From: Orbicella franksi
Taxonomy: Eukaryota
Reading direction: 5' to 3'
NCBI GenBank assembly: GCA_964199315.1
Contig: OZ116698.1
Span: 10,044,001-10,108,000 of the forward strand
Length of the DNA stretch: 64,000 bases
The notes below the pieces were generated by a model. That model made no database searches. It saw only the letters and a list, made by a program, of their open reading frames with translations, and was not told the origin of the DNA. How positions within the stretch are numbered: position 1 is the stretch's first letter; each line of letters begins with the position of its first letter. This document shows positions 24,863 through 37,945 of this stretch, one piece after another. The translations under genes and the position numbers were made by a program.

Positions 24863-27800
24863 ATGAAGCCAGCCGAAAACTCACTGAGTTTCTTCACCAA
24901 AAATCACTCAAAACACGATTCTCAATGGAGAATGACAGGGGAAAACGTTTCAGTAGTTTGCGTAGCGTGTTTGGTAGAGCTTTTGGAAAATGCTGATGTT
25001 CTCCACCTTCGAAAACGCAAGGCCCTTCGTGAGGTTGTCTTTCTTCTCTCGAACAGCCAAGTTCTCTTGGAACTTCTTTCCCAAAATGCGAGAATCACCT
25101 CCCACCTCTGCAGTGTAATAATGGATCTGTTGACCTCAGAGAACGAACTTCTGATGAACACGGCAATCGAAGCTCTTGACATCGTAACGGTCAAACTACG
25201 ATCAGAAAGCCTGGTTGCAGAAATTGTGGAAAAGTTGGAGAACCAAATAATCAAATTGAATAACTTGAAGAAATCCTATCCTTTTGTTGTGGCCTTGGGG
25301 AGATTTCTAAAATCAATTCCGGCTTTATCTCAAGTAATCGCTAAAGATTCGTCCAGTTTGATGGAATATTTGCTTTCCAACCTTCTGTTTCCGGAAGATA
25401 ATGTCAAAGCAGCTTTTCTTTTCGTCCTCGTGCAGATTTGCTCGAACGAGGAGGCGTTGAACGGGTTGAGTTTGCAGATCAAAGAGAAGATATGTAAGCA
25501 AACATGCGCCGTTATCAACTGCTCAATCGGCATGGATGTTCAAATAAACGCCCTTAAAGTTTTGAAGCTGTTTGCCAGACAATCAGACGTGCTGAAGTCT
25601 GTTTTGAAGCCCTCAAACACGGGCAACTGCGCAATGGTGGAAAGCTTGAAGAAATTGCTGCTGTCACCAAACGAAGCAATCCAGATCGGAACTATACAAT
25701 GTATCACTCAGATATTAAGAAATGACCCAGCGGAGAATGATTACACTAGAGTCTTCCTGACCTGCGGAATTGGAGAGATGTTACTTGAAGACTTGGAATG
25801 CTCCAGTGACATAATTCTGGGGTCAGTGTTCTGTTGTTTAGATCATATGGTTAGAACTCAAATCTTTTACTCCGAAGGCTACTCCGTGTACGGTATAGAG
25901 TCAGTAATCGTTGGTGTATCGAAAGCCATCAAGCTCAAGAACCACGAAATAATCAGGCAAGCCACTCATGTGTTAGCACTGATTTTATCAAAGCAACCCT
26001 CTAACGTCCAGCTCTTTCCAAATGATGAGCTCTGGAAGAAGTGTGCTGGCGTGCTGTTCGAGTGTCTGCAGTCTGCAGACCACAGGGTGCTGACTCAGGC
26101 AGCGAATGCAGTGGAACATTTTCTGAACATCGACTTCTTTCCCCCATCAATGGAGTTTGAAGCTGTTATTTCTCTTGTGTCAAGCATTACATCACATTTA
26201 CAGAAGTTCACCAAGCCAATGATACATTTTAGAAATATTCCCAAAGGTAAGCTATACGCACCACATGCAACCTTGAAGATTGTCATGCCAACACACTATC
26301 TTTAATTTTAACCATAAAAGTTTCAGAAGAATGGCAGTGGGGTGACAGAACAAATACATTCCCATTGACCAACTTTTCGACCTTTTTGCATTTTTGATTT
26401 ATTTTTAGTTTCCCATATTCCTTTCCCAGCAATCTAATCTTGGCATTTTTCTTCCTTTAATATTATGAACTTAACTGAATTTCTTACATAACTATTAAGT
26501 CTTGTTAGAATTACTACACCCATCCCGTTACGAATGTTAACTGCCAGCGTGTAGCCTGGGTCACTGAGAGTATTTTGCATAGGTGGGAGTTATCTGACTT
26601 ACTTCAGTTTTGCAATATAAACGGCCATACGGGGCATGCATGTAGTTAAATGAGACAGGAGAACTAGTGGGATAGAGCGGAAAGAAGGGTGCTTTAATGT
26701 TCAAAACTACTTTTCACAATTATAAATTCTTTTAACTATTTAGGGGCACTCGAGACATTTCTGTGTACTCTATTAGAGGTACTCAAGAAGAGTTTCCAGT
26801 TTGTTCAAGATTACCAAGATCGCAAACCATCCTATACAGCCCTGCTAATACAGAATGAAGCATCAATTTCAAAAGAGAAAGAAGTGCTAGGCCAGTTTGT
26901 GGAGTCGTTGTGGAAAGTCATTGATCAAACATGCGTTCCAGCCTTAGTGGTGAACTGTGAGGCTATTGAGAACCAAACTGTGTTTAAGAACGTTTTTGAG
27001 ATCCTACATCTCTCCGTGTCTTCGCTGAGTATCTGCAGGAAGGTTTTTGCCCAAAAGCTTGCCTCAGGGTCGTTTGTTCGACTGTCGCTTGAGATCAAAG
27101 AAAAATTCCATAGAAGAGCAGAGAGCAGTGAGCTTGGAGATGCAATAGCAACATTCTTGACAGAACTTTGTCTTACACTCAGTGATGCCTCTGACAGCAT
27201 TCAGCTTGGAAAATTGTTGAAGACAACTGACATTGGTGGTATTTATTCCTCAACAACGTGCTTGAACTTGCTGACCCAAAGTGCAGTAAGGCAAGGTACT
27301 AATGAGATCATCGACGACTCACTCTTCAGCACACAGTGCGCTTGTATTGAGCTGATGTATGTGTCGTTTGCTCACGGTGACGAGATAGTCCCTGTTGAGC
27401 ACCTTATGACAAGTCTACACAAGTATCTTGTCTTGCATCAAGATCTCAGAATCGTGCCTCGCGTCTCACTGAAACATTTATTGTTTCTCTGGACGGGATG
27501 TTACAGAAGGCTAAGGACATTACCACTGCAATCTACCGTCGTCGAAAACATGAAAGCTTCCCAAGAGATTCTAGAGCAAAGTTTGGTGAAGTTCAAAGTA
27601 GATGAGTTTGAATCCATTTACATTCATGACCCTCTCTTCGTTTCCTGGATATTTTCTCGTGAATCTCTGGCACAAGCCTTTGGACGACAGGCTTTGATCA
27701 GCTTTCTAGGAACAGACACAGCACAGGACTCTCCCATTAACGCAGAACTCTACAATCTTCTAGCAACTAACTTACAAAGCTTTCGCACGTTTGTCTCGCT

Positions 27801-29205
27801 CGTTGAATGTAACGAGGAAGCTATCGCCGATCGTGTAGTGACCATCCTGGAAAGATTGATCGGCCAAGATTCAGACGCTTCAACAAAGTTAAGCATGTCC
27901 AATCAAAGGTCACTGGCAACTCATATAACAAGTATTTTTCACAAGCTTTTCCTGAGCCACAAGGCTAATCCTCTTCAGGAGCACTCAATTACTGCCATGC
28001 TGAATGTGATGGTGGCTGTCCAAATGAAGAACCTGGCATTTGACATCAAGCTTTTGTACCATGTCATTAACTTGTTGACATCAACCAAATGTTGTCAAAC
28101 ATTCTCAGTCGTCGCCTTCAATTACCTGAACGTGTCGTTAGCTTGGGACACACACAGAGAAAACCAGAGGGTTGCTGCAGTGCTTCTTTCCAACAAAGGG
28201 TTCTGTAGCTTTGTCCAAGAGATTCTGAATGCCAGCCCAGCCAAAGATGATGGACAGCGGAGGGATTCCCTGGAGGATATCAATTTACTAGCGAGTATCT
28301 TGATTCTCATCTCGTCCCTTGCAAACTCCCAGATGCTGGCTCAGAAAGACGACCAAGATGCATTCAGAATTGACAAGAACTGCATGATGAAACTCGCCAA
28401 TAAACGGCAAAACATTTTGGGACTTTCAAGTCTTGTTTTCTGGGATTCCTTCTTTAGAACAACAGGTGAATCAGAAAACCCTGTCGTGGTGTTGTCAGTT
28501 AGGACCCAGGAGAAGTATCAGCCCCTTGAGAAGCTATCCGATGTGGATCTCCACGTATTGCTTGTTTACCTGCAGAACTCCTTGATCCATGACAGTGAGA
28601 CTGTAAGGCAATGTGCAGTGAAGTGCTTGGACAGCTTCCTAACCTACGTTCCAAACGCCAGCTACTTCGCAACTAATCCATGGAACAAAATCGTTCTGGA
28701 ATCACAGTTATGTGAGCTCAATGTTAACGTTGTAACCCCGAGCTTGGTTCTGTTTTGTTTGCTCATTCTGCAACATGCAGAGGCTGATGAACACCAACTG
28801 TCTAGCGTCCTTCAAAATGCAGTGAAGTCCATTCTTGAGAAAATTCCGAGCATTCCGTGTTCAGAGCGAGAACTGTCGTGGCAGTGTATTAATCTCTTGG
28901 TTCAAGTGTTAAGCTCGAAAGAGTTCATGCCATCCAACCAAAAGGGTGCTGTTGCCACTTGGCTAAGAACGTTTAAGGAGTCACTGAAGACAAATTTCGA
29001 GGAGAGCGCCTCAACCAACGAATCAAAGCAGGATGACCTGATCAAAGATATGACGTTTTTCAAATTAGATGCAGTGATTTTTGCAAAGAGCATGCTTAAA
29101 CCACAAAATACCAAGGGTTCTGAGCTCTTGGAAAAAGCATTGCTACTTCTTGATGATAAGAGCGACGAAGATGCGGAAACTGGAAATCAGTCCATTGTAT
29201 TGTAG
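24863..29205 (+). CDS. MEI1: meiosis inhibitor protein 1 (meiotic double-strand-break formation protein)
   Basis: Two exons, 24863-26246 and 26744-29205 (AAAG|gtaagc...tttag|GG, phase 1), giving 1281 aa. Motifs HSKHDSQW, CVACLVELL...LRKRKAL, LKKLLLSPNEAIQIGTIQCI and YSVYGIESVI match MEI1 orthologs in order, and the length matches. Confidence 0.88.
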
Positions 29206-30129
29206 TCTCCAGCAATGACCGATAGAAAATGTCAAAGGGTTGGGGGTACCAGGCACAATACCTTAACTAGACCTTGTTCTACCGGGAGAAAAGGTGATTG
29301 GAACTGAAAGCAAACCAAGCTTGAAAATTGAAGGCGAGTTTAATCACTAAACAGAGTTAACGCACTCATACTAGTCAAGAAAAGATGCTTTTATTAACTA
29401 ATCAAGGCAAAGACTCCTGCTAAGATGACTCACAATCATCTCCAGGAAAACCATTTCAAAACTTTTGCTCAGTTAAAAAAAAAATGGGGAAGGTAGTTCA
29501 GGGCCAATTTAGTTTTTGGAAAATTAATGGTGGCTCTGAATTCCCTAGTAACACAAATTTGAACTTTGAAAAGTGGAATCTTGACATACTGATTACAATA
29601 AATTTGATGACAAAATGGGGGTCACCGACCTTGTCCTTCAGTTGAAAGCACTTAAGACTAAACTTAAGGGTGTTTTAAAAGGTCATACCACTGCCATGAT
29701 ATTGCCATGGTATTGCTATGGTATTGTCAGTACCATTCTGTCAAGGCCAGCAAGAATTGTTACAAAAAATACTATAATTTCTACGGCCAAAATCTTTGCC
29801 CTCTGCATGAATCACTGTTTGCCTTCGCTGCACACTTGTTGGGAGATAGGTGGCTTTCCGCATCTCATATGGGAAAAATTGACTGGCTTCTAAATGGAGT
29901 TCGTAGAATCGACTTCCAATTTAATGGAAACTTGTTTTATTCTGTTCAGTCTTTTATCTCCCAATCAAACTGTTTTTCATAACTTTCTTTTTTGTGCTTG
30001 TTATTATAAGTTATCGTTTCCTTTTTCTCTGACCATGATTTGTTCTTAAAGTTTTTAAAAGCATAAACGGCATAAGCACTCTCTATGAACATTCTTATAA
30101 AAATCTTGTTTAAATAAAAAACGTTGTTA

Positions 30130-30640
30130 CAATTAGCTGGTAAGAGCGCTTCAGCCCCAAAATGTCAAGCCTAGGTGGTCGCTTACGAGAGTTTAGATCA
30201 TATTGGGTGAAAATTGTTCCTCATTAGAATATGGTAACTGCCGAGTCTCAGCCAATGCACCAATGCCGATGCAATGTTTTGTTGATGTAAAAGTCAATTT
30301 CGAGAGAAAAAAATCGGTCCTTCCAAGAGAAAATGATTTTTCTCTTGGTTCTTCCCACTGTGAAACTTCCTTGTCTTGTAGTAGCCAGGAATACGATGTT
30401 ACAGCACCTTATTATCCAATTTTCGCTGTATTATCTGTCAAGCGGTCGCTTATGGGAGGTTTAAAACAAAAGAAAATTTCAAACTTTTAGCTCTAAAAGT
30501 GGTCGCGGTTGCTTACGAGAGGTGGTCGCTTACAAGAGGTTCCAAATATAGTGATTGACTTGGAAACGCTTGGTTTTTTGGAAAACTGCTCGCTGGTAAG
30601 AGGCGGTCGCTTACGAGAGGTGGTCGCAACCGGTAGTCAG
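30130..30640. repeat. interspersed repeat with GGTGGTCGCTTACGAGAG units (MITE-like)
   Basis: Repeated GGTCGCTTACGAGAG motifs at about 30175, 30510, 30525 and 30605. Confidence 0.5.
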
Positions 30641-32479
30641 TTGTTTAACATGTCATAAAAGTAATGCATAGTGGTATAGCAACTTTTTGATTAAAAAAAA
30701 AAACCCTTCAAGCACGTCCACGAATATTTGCCAAAAACAGCACATCAACACTATCTAATTATAATTTGTTTTATGTTTTGTGTCACATGGTCATCCTGGT
30801 GATGAAAACAAAATAATGCAAAGTGAAAGCCCGTAGAGATACATTAGGCAAAGTCTAAAAACACAAGAATAAAATAAAATACAATATCTCTTGCTAATTT
30901 TTTCATCAATAAATAACATTAAAATGGAACATCATATTTAAAAACGTTAAAATATAAAAATAGTTCAAAGTAATAGCTCTTGTATGCGGTAACAACTTCA
31001 AACTCTGGATACCAGTGTTTTGTTGTTGCAAAACAAGAGAAATAAAATTTTAACTGATTATTATTAAATTGAAGGCTCTTAATCTCTGGTTGTAGTATGC
31101 CACTGACAAGCCTGGGACATGGTCTTTGGCAAGACCTGGAAATGCCCATGGAAAATCACTTTATCACTGGCATCGCAATCTGTAGACCTCGGGTACTGAC
31201 AGCTGGTATGCCTACAAAGTGAAGTTGGGTTTGACTTCGTCAGCATGCTGGTGGTTGTCCCCCGGGGTTGGCCATGATCAAAATGTCTTATGAGAGCAGA
31301 ATCAACAGTGGAGAGATATAAAATTTATGACGTACCAGCTTGATTTTCCCACAGTTCCTTGTATTCTTAATTAATCGTTTGCACACCTATTTGAGTACCT
31401 TGGTGACCCATTACAGGTGCACTGGAGGCTTGACTGGAACAGATTGCCGAATGCTAGTAACTGCGATCGGCTGTTATGTCACAGGTTTTCCAGGCTTATA
31501 AGAACCAGTGTTAATTCATTAACCTTATAATACATTTTATAACTCATTCTGATCAAAATATTGATTTCCAAACATAATTTTTATATGTTACCAGATTCAC
31601 TACTTAGAAAGCCCCCAAAACCTGAATCAAACTTTTCTTCCATTAAAAGAAATTTTAAACAAATGTTAGAATTCAGTGAGGAAAAATTGCACGTTTACCC
31701 TGGGGCTTAATAGGGATTAACTTCCCACAACAACAGTAATTACACGACTAAGTTTAGAGAACCAATGATAAAAATCAACAAATCAGGTTGCTCTTCTACT
31801 CTGTTGGTCCTATATTGTCCAACTATTGGACCTGGCACTGTTCTGAATATTAACCGTCATGTAAAAAATCCCTTTCCTTTTCTTTCTCTCCAAACTTTGT
31901 TTTTGCAGGTTTTCTTTCAAAAAACAAGCAAACAAAAAAACCATTACTGTTCACAGTGTCTTAGTTTCCTGTCTTGGATCATGGGATTATTTCTGAAAAT
32001 TTTGATTCAAATACTGCACTGGGAGAATATCAGCTTCATCAGTATTGACAATTCTGCCAAGACCTTGGGAATACAGTGGAACCCCACCTTACAGCCACCC
32101 GTTAATAAGGCCACCTCATTATTACAGCCACTTTATTCTGGGCTGAACAAAGCTCAGAGACTCTTTTTCTTATCTAAAAAACCCCTTTCATATGGCAGAT
32201 TTTTGGGGCTTGTTGGTGACTGGAATAAGGGGTTTTCACTGTATATTTTTCAAGGTTGGCTCTCACACTTGGCTAATAAGATAATAAAAGCTTTAGATGT
32301 ATATATTCTTAAAAAGAAATAAGTAAACTTGATTTTTGCCCTTTTTGATCAAACTTATTTCTGTACAAATTGTGCAATTCAATAATTACAGGAAAATAAT
32401 AATATTAATTAAATACTTTCAACTGATAAAACAAGGTATCATTTTTTAACATTTTGTTAAGTCTACTTTGATGGCAGTA

Positions 32480-35400
32480 TCACTTAATCTTTTTCTCCAC
32501 AGTTGAAACTGTATCCTTGAGACTTTTTGAAGGATCACCTTCCTGGAAAACTTTGATCATTTGTTGGCGCACAGTTTCTGTAAGTTCTGGAACACCATCA
32601 GCTGTGACACCCTCAGTTGGTATGGGGGACAATACTCTCGCTTTCATGGTTCCTACCAGATGGGAAGTTATAAAAGGTCAGCAAAGGATAATGTCTTGAC
32701 AAGGAACCCAAGACCCAGCTTGACGCATGCACACTTTTACCTACCCATTAGAATCACGCGTATAACTGTTTATTTCTTCACTGATGTGTCCCATTCAAAA
32801 CCAAACTTAGCACTGAGGATGGGCTACGCCTAGGCCCGAAACGTCTGCCATACAATTGAGTTTATTTTGGCACTGAATTACTATTGATAATGTTTGAACT
32901 GTTTACTGTGCCCCACAGCCACTGATCCTTTTGGATTACCAAATATCTATTTCAACCCAAGACCCATACTGTCACTACTCTTCCTGGACTCTGTACTGTT
33001 TTCCACGACTTCCTGGTCCAAGCATTTAATCAGATTACTCCTGACCAGCCTGGCATTTTCTAAGGTGTGTGATACTGATTTAATACACCTGGGTAAAGAG
33101 ACGCACTGTAAGGGTGGGGATAAAAGGAGTCAAAAGGAAGAAGAAAAGAGGATAGAAGGGTGAAGTTGGGAAATTTTACAGCATTGCATAATGTTAAAGC
33201 AAGAGAAGAAGCATGGAGAGGCAGGAGCAAAATAGTAGGAAGTGAATTGAATAAGAAGGTACAAGTCAAGATGCAGGGGTGTGCGGACTTTACCTATCTA
33301 CCAATAATTTAAGGAAAAACTAAAAAGAAACTTACCATATTCAAATAACTTGTTCTTCTTGTTAAAAATTGAAGAATAATCATAGATAACAATTGGCACA
33401 ATAGGGAGCTAAACAAAACACGTGCAAAGGTATACAAAGTTAAGCATTTTCCTGATTTTTTTCATTTACACTGCGTAGCTTAATTTTGTTCTCTAATAAA
33501 TACCGCAGTGTATTGATACAGGGAGGCAATTTTGAGACTTTAAGTCTCAAACATTTGGTTTACATGATCAGCACAAAAATTTACTATTGTCTCAAAGTAG
33601 AGTTGATAAGAGTAATGATATCCCCTATTGTTTTTGATTACCACTCTAGCACGAGACCTTTACATTGAAGAGTGTATGGCAAACAAAAGAACAGTCGAAC
33701 CTTGCTAACACGACTACCTTTGGGTCATAAAATTGTCATCAAAGTATGAAAATGACTATCTTTTCTAGTTAGCCTTTTCTCCAAGCCAAAAACATTGGCT
33801 AAAATAACAAGGTGTACTGAGATAAGAGCTCACTATGAAGTGTTTTGTCAAGTTTTCAAACTGATGCTTGGAGCTGGAGGAAATAACAAGTCAAATAAGA
33901 CTTAACATGTAGTCTTGTACCTGAGCTTGCTGGGCTAAGTGAAATGCTCCTCTCTTAAAGGGAAGAAGTGTTCCTGTTTGGCTTCTGGTTCCCTCAGGAA
34001 AAATCCAAAGATTTATCTGAAAATGAGCAAATGAACTAAGCTGTATATCCTGGAGAAACAGGTAATTTACTGAGGGCAAAACCATACACTTTCCAAACAC
34101 TTACACTACATAAATGTTTACAGTCATGTTCTTCAAATTATGTCTAGTAAGGAAAATGCTCAATGTAGCTTTCTTTTTGTAGTGTATTTAGTTTGCTGTC
34201 AAACTCGAGCAGCACACTGGATAACTGATTGATTGCTTTACCCATTGGTTAACTTAGACATGGTGAAGTGAATTTACCTACACTAAATTATAGAATGGAT
34301 GGCATTCTAATAGCCCTCATTTGTTACAAGCATACATTGCATAACAGAAGACAGGATATATCTTTAAAACAATGGAGTGGTTGCCTTGACCTTGGGGTGG
34401 GTGAGTTAACTCACAGAGAGGTGATGCCCAGACATATACTCTCAAGTTACTTGTAGCAGTTTAAAAGGACTTGTGTCACCAGTTTTTGCACTGGAAACCC
34501 AAGGCAGGCTATGTGCATAATCACAAAAATTGTTCAAGAAGCTACATGTTGAAAATAATTATTAATAAATAAAAGTTAGTGCCTTACTTATGTGCAAAGT
34601 ACATGTACCTTAATTAATATGCTCCCCTTGTGTGATTTTAATGTCTGATTTCCTGGCACCAGTTGAAAGGTGGCTCAGGGAACACAGGGACATTAAACTT
34701 ACACAGTAAGGCACTTTTAAGATGATTTCCACCTGGTACTGCGCAAGTCTACATTTTTGTTTTGATTCATGTGAGACGTCACAGAATGTAATATTTTGCA
34801 ACTATTCACATGAAGTAAATTCAAAGTTTCATGTCAACTGCCATTATGGGTGCAAAGCTTTATGCTTTGTTCTTTGTGATATAACTAGATGAAAACACTT
34901 TGTAGCTGTAAAATCAAAGTCACTGTTGGAAAAAGAATATAAAATAAAACCCTAACCCTAACCCATAAGGTAAGCGGTTCATAACCAGTAACATCAATTC
35001 ACATTGTGTAGTTCCAGAAAATATCCATACCTCCCCCACAGAAGGGATTTTTTCCAAGACCCCCCCCCCCCCTCTGAAAATTCCAATTAAACTTGATACA
35101 TTTCTTTAAATGTTTTGGTCTTAGAGAACCCCCCACCCCCCAGGAAGTTCCAATCCCTTCTGTGGGGGGAGTATGGATATTTTCTGATACTGCACATTCC
35201 ATCCAGTGAGACTTACAAACATTGGGGTACCGAGACTGCACAGTACAGAGTGGAAATCATCCTTTACTCAAGAATTCTAGGTTTAATTTGACAAGGAACA
35301 ACATATTTTTTAATTTTTTACATTCAGATATGGTTTTTGAAATTATCCCTTGTAAAATAGGTACTGGGATCCCGCCAAGGTTCCCAGCACTCGCCGGGAT

Positions 35401-37272
35401 CCCGCATCTTCTTTGCTTGAGTAAACAGTCAGTTTCCCTTTTGTTGTTATTTCAGTAAGATTTTCTTTTACTAAAAATGCAGATATCACAAAGTGTTGAG
35501 CACAAGAATATTTACATTTCTTTCAACGTAAAGCGTATCATGCCAATTTGTGTACATGAACTTTGGTGTTTTATCTTCTTGCAAACCAAACAACTGTGAC
35601 TAAATTTTTCTGTTAGCTAATTAATTAAATCATGTTGTTTTGGGTTTTTTTATCAGTCTGTTTTTCTCGCTATCCAGCTGTTTTTAAACTTTAAACTTTG
35701 TACCATGAATTTTGCCATAAATCATTGACCCCACTTTTCTGTGTCACTGACATCTTTAAAAACAAATTTAAGTAGCATAAATCGAACTGCTGTATGGCTA
35801 TATGTGTATGTTTTTTAATTAAGTTAGTTTTGTCTGTATTTTAAATACCCTCAAGCATGTAAACACTGGGAAGATTTAACCTTTATTTAAAAGATGATGG
35901 CTCCAAAAGAAATTTGTGGCAGCATGTCTAAAATTTTGCCGAGATTCCCACAGTGAATCTTGCCAAGAATTTCACTTCCCGCAGCGAATATTGGCAAGAT
36001 TCCCAGCAAGATTGCGGCTAGATTTTGACTGTTGGGAATTTGCTTCTCAGCGAAGATCTTGTCGAGATTCACATTAGGATTCCGGCGTGATTTTGGCTGC
36101 CGGGAAATTGCTTCCCTGCAAGAATCTTGGCGAGATTCGCGGCAGGATCCCGGCAAGATTTTGGCTGTCGGGACTTTTGCTTCCCAGCAAGAATCTCGAC
36201 AAGATTTGTGGCAGGATCCCAGCGAGATTTTGGCCGCAGGGAATTTTGATCCCGCCGGGATTCCTGCTGGGAATAAAAATTCCAGCAGCCAAAATCTGGC
36301 CAGGATCCCGGTCCTCATTTTACAAGGGGTAAATCCTATTTTCATTAAATTATATTTATTAAAATGCATCTCCAGTGGGAAAAGTTGCCGACTTCAATGT
36401 CTTACCTATTGACTAGACACAGTACAGTTTTCCCTGCCTACTGGATCCTGATTGGCCAATTCAAATTTCAAGAGCACCAGCCATATGCTCTTCTAAATGA
36501 TTCAGATTGATGCAACTCAAAGACATGCTGCAGTAGACTGTAGAGATGCAGACCACAGGATTAAAAAACCTATGCTTTCAGAGTTGTCGCATATTGTAGG
36601 ATTACTCCCTATTTTGCCCCACTCAGTAAATTCACTTAGGTAATTGCATTCCATTACTTCTCTTCCTTTCCTAATTGTGCATTACACTCCCACCCTGCAC
36701 CAAGCCCTCCCCTCCCCTATGACAGAATACACGTTGTTACATGTGCGCAGATTTACCTTTTGATCGCAGATCCATTTCGCCGTTTTATCCATTACATTCC
36801 TGGCGCTCTTAGAATGCCCTCTATTGATAAACACGATTCCAAAAAGCCACGCTGCAAAGCCAAATACAGGTGCGAACAGCAATTCCTTTTTCGCCAAGAA
36901 TGTCGTTCTATGTGGTGTCGCCTGCAGTATTACAAACATATCCAAAGAACTCTGATGATTTGCTACAATAATGAAATTCTTTCCTTTGAGAGTGTTAAAA
37001 ATCTCCATTCCTTGAATTTCGGAACGTATTCTGAACAGTCTAACCAGGGATCTGTACACAACACCGGAACAACGATGAAAGTTCCCTACATCAAATGGAT
37101 GAAACGCTCCCACAAAGCTGCAACACATTGCGAAGAACATCATCAAACAATTGAAGCTAAAATACTTTGTGCGGAACCGGAAACTTTTCGACTTCCTGTA
37201 CAGGGCAATGCATCCGATCAAAAGGCCTAGGAGCCCTGATACCACTATTACAACAAATTTCAACTGCCACAT
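32480..37272 (-). CDS. AGPAT1/2: 1-acyl-sn-glycerol-3-phosphate acyltransferase (AGPAT1/2-like)
   Basis: Exons 36757-37272, 33921-34016, 33336-33408 and 32480-32652 give 285 aa, with acyltransferase motifs [26 protein letters not shown] and LPIVP. Confidence 0.93.
32808..32848 (+). ncRNA. minimal type I hammerhead ribozyme motif (Penelope-type)
   Basis: GCA-CTGAGGA-T-GGGC(TACGCCTAG)GCCC-GAAACGTC-TGC: CUGANGA core, stem II GGGC/GCCC, GAAA, palindromic ACGT stem III, GUC cleavage triplet, stem I GCA/TGC. Confidence 0.65.
35003..35190. mobile_element. palindromic MITE
   Basis: Inverted ends CAGAAAATATCCATAC.CCCCCACAGAAGGGA and TCCCTTCTGTGGGGGGAGTATGGATATTTTCTG. Confidence 0.7.
35347..36328. 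mobile_element. non-autonomous DNA transposon with subterminal tandem repeats
   Basis: TIR CCCTTGTAAAAT.GG.AC.GGGATCC at both ends, and GC-rich degenerate tandem repeats (GGCAGGATCCC.GC.AGATTTTGG) at 35940-36310. Confidence 0.65.
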
Positions 37273-37749
37273 AACGTTTTGACGGTGATTCTCGTGAAGG
37301 ACCCGTGAATGTTCAAAGACATCCCAAGATGCAATGGTTTGTTGAAATCCCAGAAGCTCTCGCGCTCCTCGTAAACATATAAGCAGTACTTGCTCTGAAA
37401 ATTTCAGTTCCGAACATAGAAAGGCGTTGTTTTCAGGGAAAGTCGGCGCGAGTTACGACATCATTTTTATCCCCAGTTGCGAATTTGTCGGTTTTAATCG
37501 GCTTAGGGAATATCGTTCCAGCAAATATGAGAGAAAAATTGGAAGTTGTTTTCGACAATTACGGACTGTCGTGGTCGGTACTGCAAAGAGCAACGCTTCG
37601 CCAGGAGAAGCAATTTTCGATCCAAAAAAGTGTCATTTTGCGATCCGATCGCCAAGCCCTAGCAAGATGAAGCATGGATAAAACGCATAAGTGTTCCAGG
37701 AGGGAGATTTTGTTCGAAAATTTCCACGCGTTTCTCAAGAAATGCAAAT

Positions 37750-37775
37750 AGTGACGTCATAAGACGCCATTTTGA
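37750..37775. promoter_or_regulatory. CRE plus YY1-like motifs in the AGPAT/CDK9 bidirectional promoter
   Basis: TGACGTCA palindrome followed by CGCCATTTT. CGCCAT[CT]TT motifs also occur near the ZZZ3 (7540), TYW3/CDC26 (50668, 50738) and 59236 regions. Confidence 0.45.
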
Positions 37776-37945
37776 AGGTGAGTGCGTTGATTTCTGGGAA
37801 GGATTTTTTTCGCATCTTCTCATCCGGGAAACTTGCTTCCTGTGACCTTCATTTTACCGGCGTAAGGAGGACAACGTGGTTTAGTACGCGATTGTCTTTT
37901 CTTTGCCAAAACACACTTTTAAACACTCGTTATCGCATAATTGTA

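Noticed and set aside
35887-36412. four overlapping ORFs on both strands
   Set aside because: Artefact of GC-rich tandem repeats inside a non-autonomous transposon in AGPAT intron 1.
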